A stretch of DNA of 64,000 nucleotides from a virus, in the IMG/VR virus record IMGVR_UViG_3300027603_000001, positions 1 to 64,000 of that record; one strand, given 5' to 3'. A program made the translations under genes and the position numbers. Within the stretch, counting starts at the first letter, position 1. Each line of letters starts with the position of its first letter. Positions 52,423 through 61,721 of the stretch are shown piece by piece. Below the pieces are notes generated by a model. It worked only from the letters and a program-made list of their open reading frames with translations. It was not told the origin of the DNA and searched no databases.

Positions 52423-52893
52423 ATGGGCAGTCCCAATGAACGTGAAATTTACGAAGGTCTGCTGAGGCCGGGGGATGTTGGCCTCACAAAAGAAGAGGCT
52501 GACCGATTTAAGGAGCTAAGCCTAGATAGCCGCATGGATGAATTTCAAAAGAGATTTCAGGAGCAGGGTGCGATAGCTCCTGCCAATGACGCCCCGCAAC
52601 GCGAGATGCCGCGTTACAAGTGCCACAAGGAAGTGTGGGCGCTGAAAATTGACGCCATCCATCTGGATGTTGACGTGGCGAAAGTAGAAAACCGCGAGAC
52701 AAATGGCGGTGCGTTTATCTATCCGGCAGACGAAGGATTCGCACCGTTCCAAGTGGACGAAGCCTACGTCCGAAAGCACAAGCCAGAGGCGGGCGGCTAC
52801 TATGTAGTCTGCAAAGACGGTTACAAATCCTACTCACCTGCGCAAGCGTTTGAGGAGGGGTATACACGAATGACCCGCAAACTGATGCAATGA
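52423..52893 (+). CDS. hypothetical protein
   Basis: Start set to ATG 52423. The track's GTG 52372 lies inside the repeat/terminator region. Confidence 0.7.
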   Translation: MGSPNEREIYEGLLRPGDVGLTKEEADRFKELSLDSRMDEFQKRFQEQGAIAPANDAPQREMPRYKCHKEVWALKIDAIHLDVDVAKVENRETNGGAFIYPADEGFAPFQVDEAYVRKHKPEAGGYYVVCKDGYKSYSPAQAFEEGYTRMTRKLMQ

Positions 52894-53165
52894 ACGAGTG
52901 GCTACCTCAACAACAATGTCGTCTGGTATCATCCGGTGAGCTTGTCACGGTGGTTAGCCGTCATCATCACACTGACGGCAGTGTGGTCTATATCGTGGAG
53001 TGTGGCGGTGTGTTCCGGCCCGTGAAGCCCGATGAACTGCGCCATGTGGAGGTGGAGATGACGATAAGCGAGGTTGATCGCAGCGTTAGCCATCTGTTAA
53101 GTAGGTTTACCAGACAACCAAAGGAGAAAAGCTATGGCAAAGTCACGTCAGGACGAGATAGATGA
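52890..53165 (+). CDS. hypothetical protein
   Basis: 91-aa ORF with ATGA coupling. Confidence 0.7.
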   Translation: MNEWLPQQQCRLVSSGELVTVVSRHHHTDGSVVYIVECGGVFRPVKPDELRHVEVEMTISEVDRSVSHLLSRFTRQPKEKSYGKVTSGRDR

Positions 53166-53698
53166 TATTTCCCGTCTTTGCCAAAGTGAATTATCCCTAA
53201 CTTGTAAAGAGTAAAGGCACATCGTTCCAAGCTCTTATGTGCTTGCGTGTGAGCTTGCGCATCTGGGAAGACATGGATATTGTCAGCATCGTTGTTTGTG
53301 ATATCGCCATCTTTATGGTGAACTTGCTCGTACGGTCTAAGCGGACGTTTTACTTTCTGGATAGCGGCTCGTCTATATTGAGTGCGAACGCTGGCGGTTC
53401 TCTTGAATTTTTCCCATTTGTCAGTTCTGGCCCACCACAAAATTACAGAGCGAGAAATATTCAACGTGCTTGCAATTTGATCGATAGTAACGTTCGTGCG
53501 TGTGTAAGCTTTTTGGGCTCGCGTTTTAATCTTTTCAGGCTTGGCGTTCCATGGTTTATACCCAAGTGCTTTTAACATTCTGCGAGCACACGCCATACTA
53601 CAACATGGAGGGTTTTTACCTTTTAGCCGATAGCTACTAACAGAAAATGTTTTAAGGCACGTTGGACAGTTGACAGCGATCACGTTAATAGCATACAC
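53132..53698 (-). CDS. HNH homing endonuclease (free-standing, antisense to neighbours)
   Basis: VHHKDGDITNNDADNIHVFPDAQAHTQAH is the HNH core. N-terminal CPTC..CCSMAC zinc motif. AT-rich. Confidence 0.8.
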   Translation of the reverse strand: MYAINVIAVNCPTCLKTFSVSSYRLKGKNPPCCSMACARRMLKALGYKPWNAKPEKIKTRAQKAYTRTNVTIDQIASTLNISRSVILWWARTDKWEKFKRTASVRTQYRRAAIQKVKRPLRPYEQVHHKDGDITNNDADNIHVFPDAQAHTQAHKSLERCAFTLYKLGIIHFGKDGKYHLSRPDVTLP

Positions 53699-53742
53699 TG
53701 TTTTAAGCTGTAAATCAAGTTAGTAGAAAGGTAGGTAGAATC

Positions 53743-53907
53743 ATGGCAAAAGGTATGGGATTCAAGGCGGCGGCATCCAGCGTGCAGCGCAAAGAGGGCG
53801 TGAGTAAGAAGTCGGCTGATGCAATCATTGCAGCAGGAGCACGAAACGCGAGCAAAGGTGCAAAGGCGGCGAATCCGAATCTGCGCAAGGTTAAAGGCGG
53901 CAAGTGA
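53743..53907 (+). CDS. 54-aa basic protein
   Basis: Not in the track. AAAGGTAGG SD. Sequence MAKGMGFKAAASSVQRKEGVSKKSADAIIAAGARNASKGAKAANPNLRKVKGGK. Confidence 0.6.
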   Translation: MAKGMGFKAAASSVQRKEGVSKKSADAIIAAGARNASKGAKAANPNLRKVKGGK

Positions 53908-54092
53908 GACATCGCACTGAGATAGAAGATGACGCAGCAGCCATTGCCGACAAGCCGGTAGTGACGCAATGGGAACTGGCCCAACTAGCTCGATTGCAGT
54001 TGGAGACGCTGCTAGACATTCGTGGGCAATTGGAGTTGCCACAGTTCAATAGTGCAGCGGAGACAGGCGATGCCAGCAAAACGTCCCAGTGA
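53904..54092 (+). CDS. hypothetical protein
   Basis: 62-aa ORF. GTG overlaps the upstream TGA. Confidence 0.55.
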   Translation: MRHRTEIEDDAAAIADKPVVTQWELAQLARLQLETLLDIRGQLELPQFNSAAETGDASKTSQ

Positions 54093-54444
54093 GGGGCCGG
54101 TCTTCCGCGAACTTAACGGCCCTGAAGCCCGTGCCATCTTCATCGCTGACATCACGGTAGAATTCCGCAAAGCACTGGAACAAGCCTTCGATGAAACCAA
54201 CCAGTTCTATATCGGCAACAGCTATCCGGTGACTCGCATCACTGGTGAAATCAGCATCAAAGTATTTCCCAGTCAGAAATTACCACTACCAATTCCTATC
54301 TACATTAAGTTACACTACGGCACGTCGATGGAAACTGCGCTGGACAAAATCCGTGAGCAGCATGGCGTGCCGGTATTGCAGGGTGTGAAGACAAAGAGTG
54401 GACTGATAGTTAATCAGGAGGTGAAGCACGATGAAGAAACCTAA
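54070..54444 (+). CDS. hypothetical protein
   Basis: Start set at ATG 54070 after GGAGACAGG. Confidence 0.7.
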   Translation: MPAKRPSEGPVFRELNGPEARAIFIADITVEFRKALEQAFDETNQFYIGNSYPVTRITGEISIKVFPSQKLPLPIPIYIKLHYGTSMETALDKIREQHGVPVLQGVKTKSGLIVNQEVKHDEET

Positions 54445-54628
54445 GACAACTGTGCCGCAACGGGCGGCTGAGCCTGATGCCGACGATTATCGCGCCAAGG
54501 GTGATGCGCAGACGTTGATGGAAGCACAGCAAATCCACCTTAATCCCGCACGCCGCCGTGCTGCCATGCCGCATGTACGGATGCACGCCAAGGCCGCGCA
54601 GGCGGTCATAGGAAAGAAAACGAAATAA
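54431..54628 (+). CDS. hypothetical protein
   Basis: 65-aa ORF. Confidence 0.65.
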   Translation: MKKPKTTVPQRAAEPDADDYRAKGDAQTLMEAQQIHLNPARRRAAMPHVRMHAKAAQAVIGKKTK

Positions 54629-54640
54629 TGGAGGGTAAAC

Positions 54641-54844
54641 ATGGCAACGGAAACTAGAGTAGGAACCAAAGATGCACGACCCCAGAGTGAGATTCTACTG
54701 ATTGCGCTATTACTCAAAGTTGGTGGACACTCACTCACTGACGCCGAAATTGAACGAGCCGCAGCAACTCATGTGTTGGTAGTTGGCAAGGACGCAGACG
54801 GGTTGACTGTGCTGGGTGCCGAGTCTAAGCCTGTTACGGTATAG
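54641..54844 (+). CDS. hypothetical protein
   Basis: 67-aa ORF with SD GGAGGG. Confidence 0.7.
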   Translation: MATETRVGTKDARPQSEILLIALLLKVGGHSLTDAEIERAAATHVLVVGKDADGLTVLGAESKPVTV

Positions 54845-54849
54845 CTGCC

Positions 54850-55587
54850 ATGCGCCCTGAACGCCGCAAACCATCATCTTTTCCACCCACTACCCGTCGC
54901 CGCAAAAAGCGCAAGCCAATGGGTGCGCCACCCAACGCGCCGATCATTATTCCCAGCTTCCATAACGTTGGTCACAAGCCGGTCGGTTCGATAGCCGAAG
55001 CCCTTGCCCCGTACAAGAAATTCTATGGCAAGAAACGCGCTCAAGACATTGCCATCGAAGCGGCGATGTTTGTTGGTAAGCAGTATCCTATCATCGGTAA
55101 GATTGTGGAGTGCTGGTTCCTGCTCCCGAAACATGATCGTGAGAAAGTATTGGCCTTGGACTACACCGTCGAAGCGTTCAACATGCCGGTACGGGAGTTT
55201 GTCGGCATTGTTCGTCCGCTTATCCAGATGCAACTGCTCGACCGCGCTCAGGACATTCAGTTTGCCAATATGCCTGCATTGGTAGAGAAATCGATGAAGC
55301 GGGCAATGAACCCAAGGGCCACAACTCCAGTGGTCAAGGAAGCAATGGCCCACATGCAGCAACACCGGTTGATGCCTGCGCCACCCAATGCACCTTCTGT
55401 CACTGTGAACACTACTGTCGGTGGCCCTACTACCCAAGTCGCCGTGTTACCCAGTGCTGAGGACTTTGCCAAGCGGCTGGATGAAGCGACGAGGGCTGGA
55501 CGGGAGGCGTTGCCACCTGCGAATATGGAAGGGGTGATTGATGTGGAGGCGGTAACAAGCAAAACGAAAGATGAGGTAGCGGCGTGA
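54850..55587 (+). CDS. hypothetical protein (small-terminase candidate by position only)
   Basis: 245-aa ORF with a basic N-terminus, two genes upstream of the large terminase. Confidence 0.6.
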   Translation: MRPERRKPSSFPPTTRRRKKRKPMGAPPNAPIIIPSFHNVGHKPVGSIAEALAPYKKFYGKKRAQDIAIEAAMFVGKQYPIIGKIVECWFLLPKHDREKVLALDYTVEAFNMPVREFVGIVRPLIQMQLLDRAQDIQFANMPALVEKSMKRAMNPRATTPVVKEAMAHMQQHRLMPAPPNAPSVTVNTTVGGPTTQVAVLPSAEDFAKRLDEATRAGREALPPANMEGVIDVEAVTSKTKDEVAA

Positions 55588-55856
55588 CTGAAATTAACAC
55601 TGGTGAATCCATAGCCTGTCCCGACTGTAAGCAGCCGCTATCAGTTGTGACCCCAGAGTTGCGGGTGGTTAACGATGAGAACCTGTCACTCATCTACGGC
55701 CTTCATCCGTTGGGCTATACTTGCAACTCGTGCGGTAGCTATTTCAAACCTGCCATCGTTGGTGCGCAAAATATCCAGTGGGCGTGGATGAAAGTTGAGC
55801 CGCCTGCTATTGTCCAGTTGATGAAACCGAATGGTCGTATTCACTTAGCGAATTAA
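55584..55856 (+). CDS. zinc-ribbon protein
   Basis: CPDC...CNSC, with ATGA coupling. Confidence 0.7.
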   Translation: MTEINTGESIACPDCKQPLSVVTPELRVVNDENLSLIYGLHPLGYTCNSCGSYFKPAIVGAQNIQWAWMKVEPPAIVQLMKPNGRIHLAN

Positions 55857-55915
55857 AGTGTGCAGGCATTTACGCGAAAAGGATAATTAAGGATCGCATC
55901 ACCGCCTCGCTCCCC

Positions 55916-58030
55916 ATGCTGGAGCAGATGTTTGGCAAACACTTCGTCCCCACCCCTCACGCCATCTCCACAATTGAACGTAACGTAGCCGACCTCGACG
56001 AAATCTCCGAGTGCGACGATGCCGAGAAAAAGGTCTACCACTTCACCCGTGAGCTAACACCCGACGAAACCAAGTTCATCCTCAACGAACGCACCCTTGC
56101 CTCGTGCAACTATATGTACTGGGCCACGCGTTTCGGTTGGCTCAAAGATTGGACAGGTAAAATTGCCCGCTACAAACCCAATGTTGCGCAACAGATTGTC
56201 GATGACGTGCTGGCCGAGATGGAAGAAGAGGGCGTGGAACTTATCCTCCAGTTTCTCAAGGCCCGGCGACTGGGAGTGTCCACAGAATTCCAACTCCGTC
56301 TCTGCCACCGCCTCCTTTTCATCCCTGACACCCAAATCATCATGGCGTCGGACAACCCTGAAGACAGTGACAAGTTGAGCAAGATGCTGTTCCTTGCATG
56401 GGAGCGGCAATCACACTGGTTACGTTCGCCGCTTACCCGGTTTAAGCGCGGCCTGTTCTACGAATTCAAAAACGGCAACCGCATCGACCTTGAACACGGT
56501 ACCCAGGTCAGCGATTATGGCCGAGGCGAAAACCCGAACGCTTTTCACGTTACTGAAGCGGCTAAAATCCAAAACCCTGAATCCCTTATCGACTCCGGTC
56601 TAATGCGTGCGGTCATCCCGTCCCCTTACGTGTTTGGCTGTTTTGAGGGCACCGCAGAAGGTGATGAAGGCTGGTGGTATGACAAGTATTGGTTCAATAA
56701 GCATAACTATGGCAAGCCCGGCAGCGGCGCGCGAATGCGACCCACCTTCCTGCCGTGGGTAGTGGGAGTGGAAATCTATCCCACTGACACATGGTTGCGC
56801 ACAAATCACTGGAACTTAGTTTCTGAAAGTTGGCAACCCACCAAAGACACGCTCGATCAGGCCCGTAACACCGAGAACTACATCCGCGCCTCACCACACA
56901 TTTCCCACCGTCTTGGCCGCAACTGGAAAATGACCCGTGAACAGATGTTCTACTACGAATCCAGCGTCAAGGAATATCGTGAAAATAATACGCTGCATGT
57001 TTGGTCAAGTGAGATGGCAAGTGACGACCTCAGCGCATGGGCCAGCCGTGAGCAGTCAGTGTTTGACCCTGAACTCCGTCTCAAGTACCGACAAGCTTGT
57101 GCCGATCCCGTTGCCGTCTACGGCATTCGCAAAGGCGGTATCCCGGAAAAGTTCTGGCCGTCACGCAAGGAGATGAAACTGGGTGAGGATGGCAAACCAA
57201 TCATTAAGACCATTGTTGCCGATTGGAACCACAACCTGCCGCCACTGGAATTTGAATTCGTGGAGTTGAAGTTTAACGGCTACAGTGAAACCGACCCCTT
57301 TGGCAAGCTATTCATCTGGGAAGAACCCGACGACGGCCAAACCTACGGCTTCGGTGCAGACGTAAGCGACGGACTGGGCGCGAAACGTAGCGACAATTCT
57401 ACGCTGGAAATGTTTCGCAAAGGTTCACGATGGAAGCTGGACGCTCAGTGTGCGGAGTTTGCCTCACCTGACATGTCGGGTGCTGACCTGTGGCTCATCG
57501 GCCTTGCTCTCGGCACTTACTTCTCCGTCTATGTCAATAGTAAACGCAAACAACCCCGCTGTGTCCCTGAGATGAACCGTGAGGGTGGGCAAACCTTTCA
57601 CCGGGAGATGAAACGCCGTGGCTGGAAAAACTTTCATGAGGACGTTAAAGCCTCCTCTACCCGTCGTGGCGCACCAACCATCACCGAAGGCTGGCGCATG
57701 AACCCAGTCAACCGGGAAGACCTCGTGCAGAAAGGCGTGCAATCCATTCGTGAAGAGTACATTGAAATCAATTCACCGTGGCTGGTGAGCGAGATGGATT
57801 CGCTAATCAAGTGGCCGGATGGGAAGATAGCCGCAGCGAAAGGGCGGCACGATGATCGCCTTATTTGTCTGTGGTTGCCATTCGCTTCACTCTACTATGA
57901 CGATGTACGTAGCACAGGCCGTAACCCCTTCATGGAAAGAGAACTCAAGGTACAGCCAGAGCAAAAGTATCTGGTATTCAAGAATGCGCAATTGTTCGAG
58001 GATGCGCCAAAGATGATGACGCGAGATTGA
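55916..58030 (+). CDS. terminase large subunit
   Basis: 704 aa. FLKARRLGVST is the terminase-type P-loop variant (K-A-R-x-x-G-x-S-T). C-terminal nuclease-like GFGADVSDGLG and GRHDDRL. It lies directly upstream of the portal gene. Confidence 0.85.
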   Translation: MLEQMFGKHFVPTPHAISTIERNVADLDEISECDDAEKKVYHFTRELTPDETKFILNERTLASCNYMYWATRFGWLKDWTGKIARYKPNVAQQIVDDVLAEMEEEGVELILQFLKARRLGVSTEFQLRLCHRLLFIPDTQIIMASDNPEDSDKLSKMLFLAWERQSHWLRSPLTRFKRGLFYEFKNGNRIDLEHGTQVSDYGRGENPNAFHVTEAAKIQNPESLIDSGLMRAVIPSPYVFGCFEGTAEGDEGWWYDKYWFNKHNYGKPGSGARMRPTFLPWVVGVEIYPTDTWLRTNHWNLVSESWQPTKDTLDQARNTENYIRASPHISHRLGRNWKMTREQMFYYESSVKEYRENNTLHVWSSEMASDDLSAWASREQSVFDPELRLKYRQACADPVAVYGIRKGGIPEKFWPSRKEMKLGEDGKPIIKTIVADWNHNLPPLEFEFVELKFNGYSETDPFGKLFIWEEPDDGQTYGFGADVSDGLGAKRSDNSTLEMFRKGSRWKLDAQCAEFASPDMSGADLWLIGLALGTYFSVYVNSKRKQPRCVPEMNREGGQTFHREMKRRGWKNFHEDVKASSTRRGAPTITEGWRMNPVNREDLVQKGVQSIREEYIEINSPWLVSEMDSLIKWPDGKIAAAKGRHDDRLICLWLPFASLYYDDVRSTGRNPFMERELKVQPEQKYLVFKNAQLFEDAPKMMTRD

Positions 58031-58053
58031 TTGCTATGCTAGGATAGCGCCCA

Positions 58054-58527
58054 ATGGCCCGCAAGGTATTCAAACATTGTGACATCTGCAATGATATCGT
58101 GCTGGTGCATGGTGAGCCAAAGCGAGACGACAAACTTTGTCCGCACAAGTCTCGTGGGCGTGAACCGATTGAGCCGACTGTCTACTATGTTAACAAGGAA
58201 GGGCGCAGACTTTACCCGTGGGATTCTCGTAAGTTACCCAAAGCGTACATTGATCAAGGCTACCAGCGCGTAGAACTTAACGGCCTCGGTGAAATACGGC
58301 GATTTGAGCGCGATACAGCTCGACAACTGGAAGCCGAAGCCCAAAAAAGCGACGAGCAACTTGCCCATGAGGAACATGAACGCGACCAACGGCAAGCGTC
58401 GCTCCGTGATGATATGCGTCGCATGGGTGAGTTTGAGCGAGAGGTAGCGAGGTTGGCAATCGAGGATGAGAACCGTGGGTACAGCGAGCGCTACGATTCT
58501 CAGTTTCGTATTGAGGGCTGGAATTGA
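58054..58527 (+). CDS. hypothetical protein (N-terminal Cys motif, charged C-terminus)
   Basis: 157-aa ORF between terminase and portal. Confidence 0.75.
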   Translation: MARKVFKHCDICNDIVLVHGEPKRDDKLCPHKSRGREPIEPTVYYVNKEGRRLYPWDSRKLPKAYIDQGYQRVELNGLGEIRRFERDTARQLEAEAQKSDEQLAHEEHERDQRQASLRDDMRRMGEFEREVARLAIEDENRGYSERYDSQFRIEGWN

Positions 58528-60743
58528 AACTCAGCAACTACATTGCCCCGCTCGAATCTGAACGCGAGTCCACCAAGCTGGGTTGGTTGCGTGAAGCATT
58601 GAGCGAATCCCGCTCTACGCACGAAAAGCTACCCGGCTGGTCTGAACTTGACGCTGACCTTGAACTCATCTCCCGTAGCCGTCCCAGCTTCGATCCATCC
58701 AACCTGTCATGGCTAAACATCGGCAACACGAAGGCCCGTATTGGTGATGTGGTATCCACTCTTAGCAACCTGCGCCCGCTATGGGAAATCACTACTGGGG
58801 TAAAGGAACTGCAACCTACCGCCAAGGTGCTCAACAAGTGTTCATGGGGATGGTGGTCGAAGACTGATGCCGACTTGAAAATCCTTGCTGCCCTTCAGTG
58901 GAGTGCAGTGAACCGTACCGGCTACCTCTGGGTACGCTGGGACAAGCACTATCATGGGCTAAACCAGGGCGACATTGATTGCATTCCCCTTGGCCCAAAG
59001 TCGGTCTACTTTCTCTACCTGCCCGAAGACCACAACTACCAGAAAGCCTATGCCACAATTATCTGTGAGTCAGTGCCAATTACTCAAGCGATGGCTGAGA
59101 ACCCGTTGTATGCCAGTCAACTCAAACCCAGCGCCGAAGCTGACGGCATTGTGCGCCGATTCACTGCCCCAATCGTCAAAGGTGCCCAAGCGCTCTGGGA
59201 CGGCGATATGGGTAAGTCCGCCGCCAGCCAATCTACTCCCCACGTAAACATCTACCACGCCTATGTCCGTGACCTGACCCTCAACCATACCAACCACATG
59301 GTCAGCATTGGTGATCCTTCAACTAAATGGTTCTACGAAGTACCCTACATTGGCCAATCCGTACCATCCGGCTTCGTCAGCCCTGCCACCGCGCAGGACG
59401 TAATGCGCAAGGCGCGTGAGGAAGACTGCTACCTTTATCCTAATCGGCGGTTAGTCAGCTTCACCGATACCTGCGTGCTCTACGATGGCCCCAGCCGTGA
59501 GTATCACGGACTTGCTCCTGTTATAAAGTTTACCCTTGACCCGTGGCCGTGGGATTTTCTCGGCGGTTCAATGGTGCGGGATGTAAGGTCGATTGACGAG
59601 ACAATCAACGAGCGGCTGCGTGGCATTAACAAGTCCGCAGAGATGCGCCGCAATCCGCCCAAGATGGTGGATGAGGACTTAATTGCAGACAGTGAACAAC
59701 CCGACATTTCCAAGATTGTAGACACGAACATTGGCGAACCGGGTCAGACTGTTAAATGCGACTTCAAGAAAGGCGATCCCATCCGTGCCATCCTCCCTTA
59801 TCAAAACTACGATGTGCAAAGTTGGGAATTCGAGTACCTGAAGTTTCTTGACTTCAAGGCTGACTTCATTCTTGGTCGTGCGCAAATGGAAGCGCTCGCT
59901 CTCGCCCGTCAGATGCCTGCTGGTGATACGCAGGAGAAATGGTTACAAGCCACTGGCTCCCGCACTACCGCCAAGTCCCGCAACATGGAACGGTCGCTCA
60001 AGTCGCTTGGATTCATGGTCGCATGTAACATGCTGCAATGGTATGACGCTCCGCTACGATTCAGTCTCTATGGTTTTCAAGGCGTCGTGCAGCAAGACTT
60101 CGATTACGATCCCAACAGCATGATTCCCGACAATCTTAGCTTCCGCAGCGGCACATTCGCCATTGACGCGCGTAGTGAAATCTACAAGTACCGTTACCAA
60201 CGTGCCCGCGCTATCACCCGCATGATCGCCCTCGACATCGAACCCATGAGCGTCCACGAAATGACCTCCATGACTCGTGGGCTGTTGCAAACCCGTCTCT
60301 ATGAAGGTGGCAAGTTCCCGATTGATTCATGGACACTGGCTGACACGCTTAAGATATCCAACATGGGCGATCCACCTGAGACGCCTGACGACACCATGCC
60401 GGAACGGTTTGTGGTGGAGCAAGAGGCACGTGGTAAGGTTGGTGCGATGATTCAAGCGCAGGCTCAGGCAATTCTCATGCAAGCCAACCCTCAAGCCGTC
60501 ATCCAACAGGCGATCCAGGAAAATCCGCAGGGTGTATTGCAGATGGTGTTGGCAGCAATACAGGCCAAGGGTGGTGTGGCGGGAAATCCGACGAACGGCG
60601 GGTCAAGTGGCGGGGGTAGTAATGGGGCGACGGGAAATCCTGAGGGTAGGCCACCGAGCTATCAGGAACCGCCTCAGCTTTTCCAGCGCAGTGATGGTCA
60701 AGGTGGACAGCGTGACGTGTTGAGTACCAGTGATAGAGGCTGA
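58524..60743 (+). CDS. portal protein (putative)
   Basis: 739 aa. TTG start overlaps the upstream TGA. Supported by its position after the large terminase, its size, and a Gly/Ser/Gln-rich C-terminal tail. Confidence 0.75.
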   Translation: MKLSNYIAPLESERESTKLGWLREALSESRSTHEKLPGWSELDADLELISRSRPSFDPSNLSWLNIGNTKARIGDVVSTLSNLRPLWEITTGVKELQPTAKVLNKCSWGWWSKTDADLKILAALQWSAVNRTGYLWVRWDKHYHGLNQGDIDCIPLGPKSVYFLYLPEDHNYQKAYATIICESVPITQAMAENPLYASQLKPSAEADGIVRRFTAPIVKGAQALWDGDMGKSAASQSTPHVNIYHAYVRDLTLNHTNHMVSIGDPSTKWFYEVPYIGQSVPSGFVSPATAQDVMRKAREEDCYLYPNRRLVSFTDTCVLYDGPSREYHGLAPVIKFTLDPWPWDFLGGSMVRDVRSIDETINERLRGINKSAEMRRNPPKMVDEDLIADSEQPDISKIVDTNIGEPGQTVKCDFKKGDPIRAILPYQNYDVQSWEFEYLKFLDFKADFILGRAQMEALALARQMPAGDTQEKWLQATGSRTTAKSRNMERSLKSLGFMVACNMLQWYDAPLRFSLYGFQGVVQQDFDYDPNSMIPDNLSFRSGTFAIDARSEIYKYRYQRARAITRMIALDIEPMSVHEMTSMTRGLLQTRLYEGGKFPIDSWTLADTLKISNMGDPPETPDDTMPERFVVEQEARGKVGAMIQAQAQAILMQANPQAVIQQAIQENPQGVLQMVLAAIQAKGGVAGNPTNGGSSGGGSNGATGNPEGRPPSYQEPPQLFQRSDGQGGQRDVLSTSDRG

Positions 60744-60745
60744 TT

Positions 60746-60901
60746 ATGACAGTATTTGAGGGGGTAAAGTTTACTGAGCGTTACTTATGCGTGTTCTGTT
60801 TTAAGTCTTACCGTCGAATTAAATGGTTGGCTAAGCATGAAAAGAACCATAAGCAAATCTTTACGGTTAAGCCGTTAATGGCGTACTTGCGAAAAGGCTA
60901 G
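60746..60901 (+). CDS. 51-aa C2H2-type zinc-finger peptide
   Basis: Not in the track. CVFCFKSYRRIKWLAKHEKNH fits C-x2-C-x12-H-x3-H. Confidence 0.5.
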   Translation: MTVFEGVKFTERYLCVFCFKSYRRIKWLAKHEKNHKQIFTVKPLMAYLRKG

Positions 60902-60903
60902 CA

Positions 60904-61116
60904 ATGGATGCAAACTGGCTGAAACTAGAGACAGGGAAAACAATTGTCACGCTTCGTTTTCTCTCCACCAACCTCGACCTCGTGGAAGCTGAACGTCTCT
61001 ATAAACGTCTCTACGAGGAGGCGCGATTTCTTGACCGTCGCATTCAGGAGCGCAAAAAAGACTTGCAATCGCCAAACGCTTGTCCTACTATCACGACTGA
61101 AGCGCAGGCTTCCTGA
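60904..61116 (+). CDS. hypothetical coiled-coil protein
   Basis: 70-aa ORF. Confidence 0.65.
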   Translation: MDANWLKLETGKTIVTLRFLSTNLDLVEAERLYKRLYEEARFLDRRIQERKKDLQSPNACPTITTEAQAS

Positions 61117-61352
61117 GTTGCAACAGAGCGGAAGGACGCCTATTGTACAGCGAGTTATATCTATTCACGGGACTGCGTAAGTACACGTGGCGCTGTTATC
61201 ATGGCAGCGGGGTAGATATGAGAGTTGGTTTCGAGTCCAACTTGTAACTCTATAACAACTGAAGGCCGTTTCAGCGGGCAACCGCTAATCGCCGTCTCAA
61301 GGTTATCGACGACAAAGTTCGTTGTTAATCGTGAGGCGGTTTTCGCTTTCTT

Positions 61353-61643
61353 ATGACGCCACAATCCCAGTTCCAATCGGCTGATTCGCAGCAGGGTTCA
61401 CCACTCGCCTCGCTCATGGGCGATAACGGTATGGCCCAAGCTGGCGGTGCGCCCAACGCGCAACAGCAAGCTGAGGGCGTGAAAGATACACTCAAAGGCA
61501 TTATGGCGGCAGCGGTAAGTGTAGCGGCATCTGTACCATCGTTGGGCGACAAGATGAAAGAGATTCGCCAAAGCGCGATGGAAGGCATTTTGGTTGTGCA
61601 GAACATGGCGGCTGGCAGTGGGAGCGACAGCGGCGGCTACTAA
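61353..61643 (+). CDS. hypothetical head-module protein
   Basis: 96-aa ORF, Gln/Ala/Gly-rich. Confidence 0.65.
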   Translation: MTPQSQFQSADSQQGSPLASLMGDNGMAQAGGAPNAQQQAEGVKDTLKGIMAAAVSVAASVPSLGDKMKEIRQSAMEGILVVQNMAAGSGSDSGGY

Positions 61644-61721
61644 GCCTACCCGTTAAAGCGACCCCGCAACAGCCTGCAACTGACCCCGTTCAAAGCTGAC
61701 GGGAAGTGAAGGGAGAAGACG

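Noticed and set aside
61223-61242. GGTTTCGAGTCC resembles a tRNA T-arm, suggesting a tRNA gene.
   Set aside because: The loop is 8 nt rather than 7. No complementary acceptor stem (GTTACAA) occurs about 65 nt upstream, and no D or anticodon arms could be drawn. It is kept only as a hairpin.
61161-61376. Minus-strand 71-aa ORF in the head-module gap.
   Set aside because: It is antisense to every neighbour, has no SD, and overlaps the start of 61353..61643.
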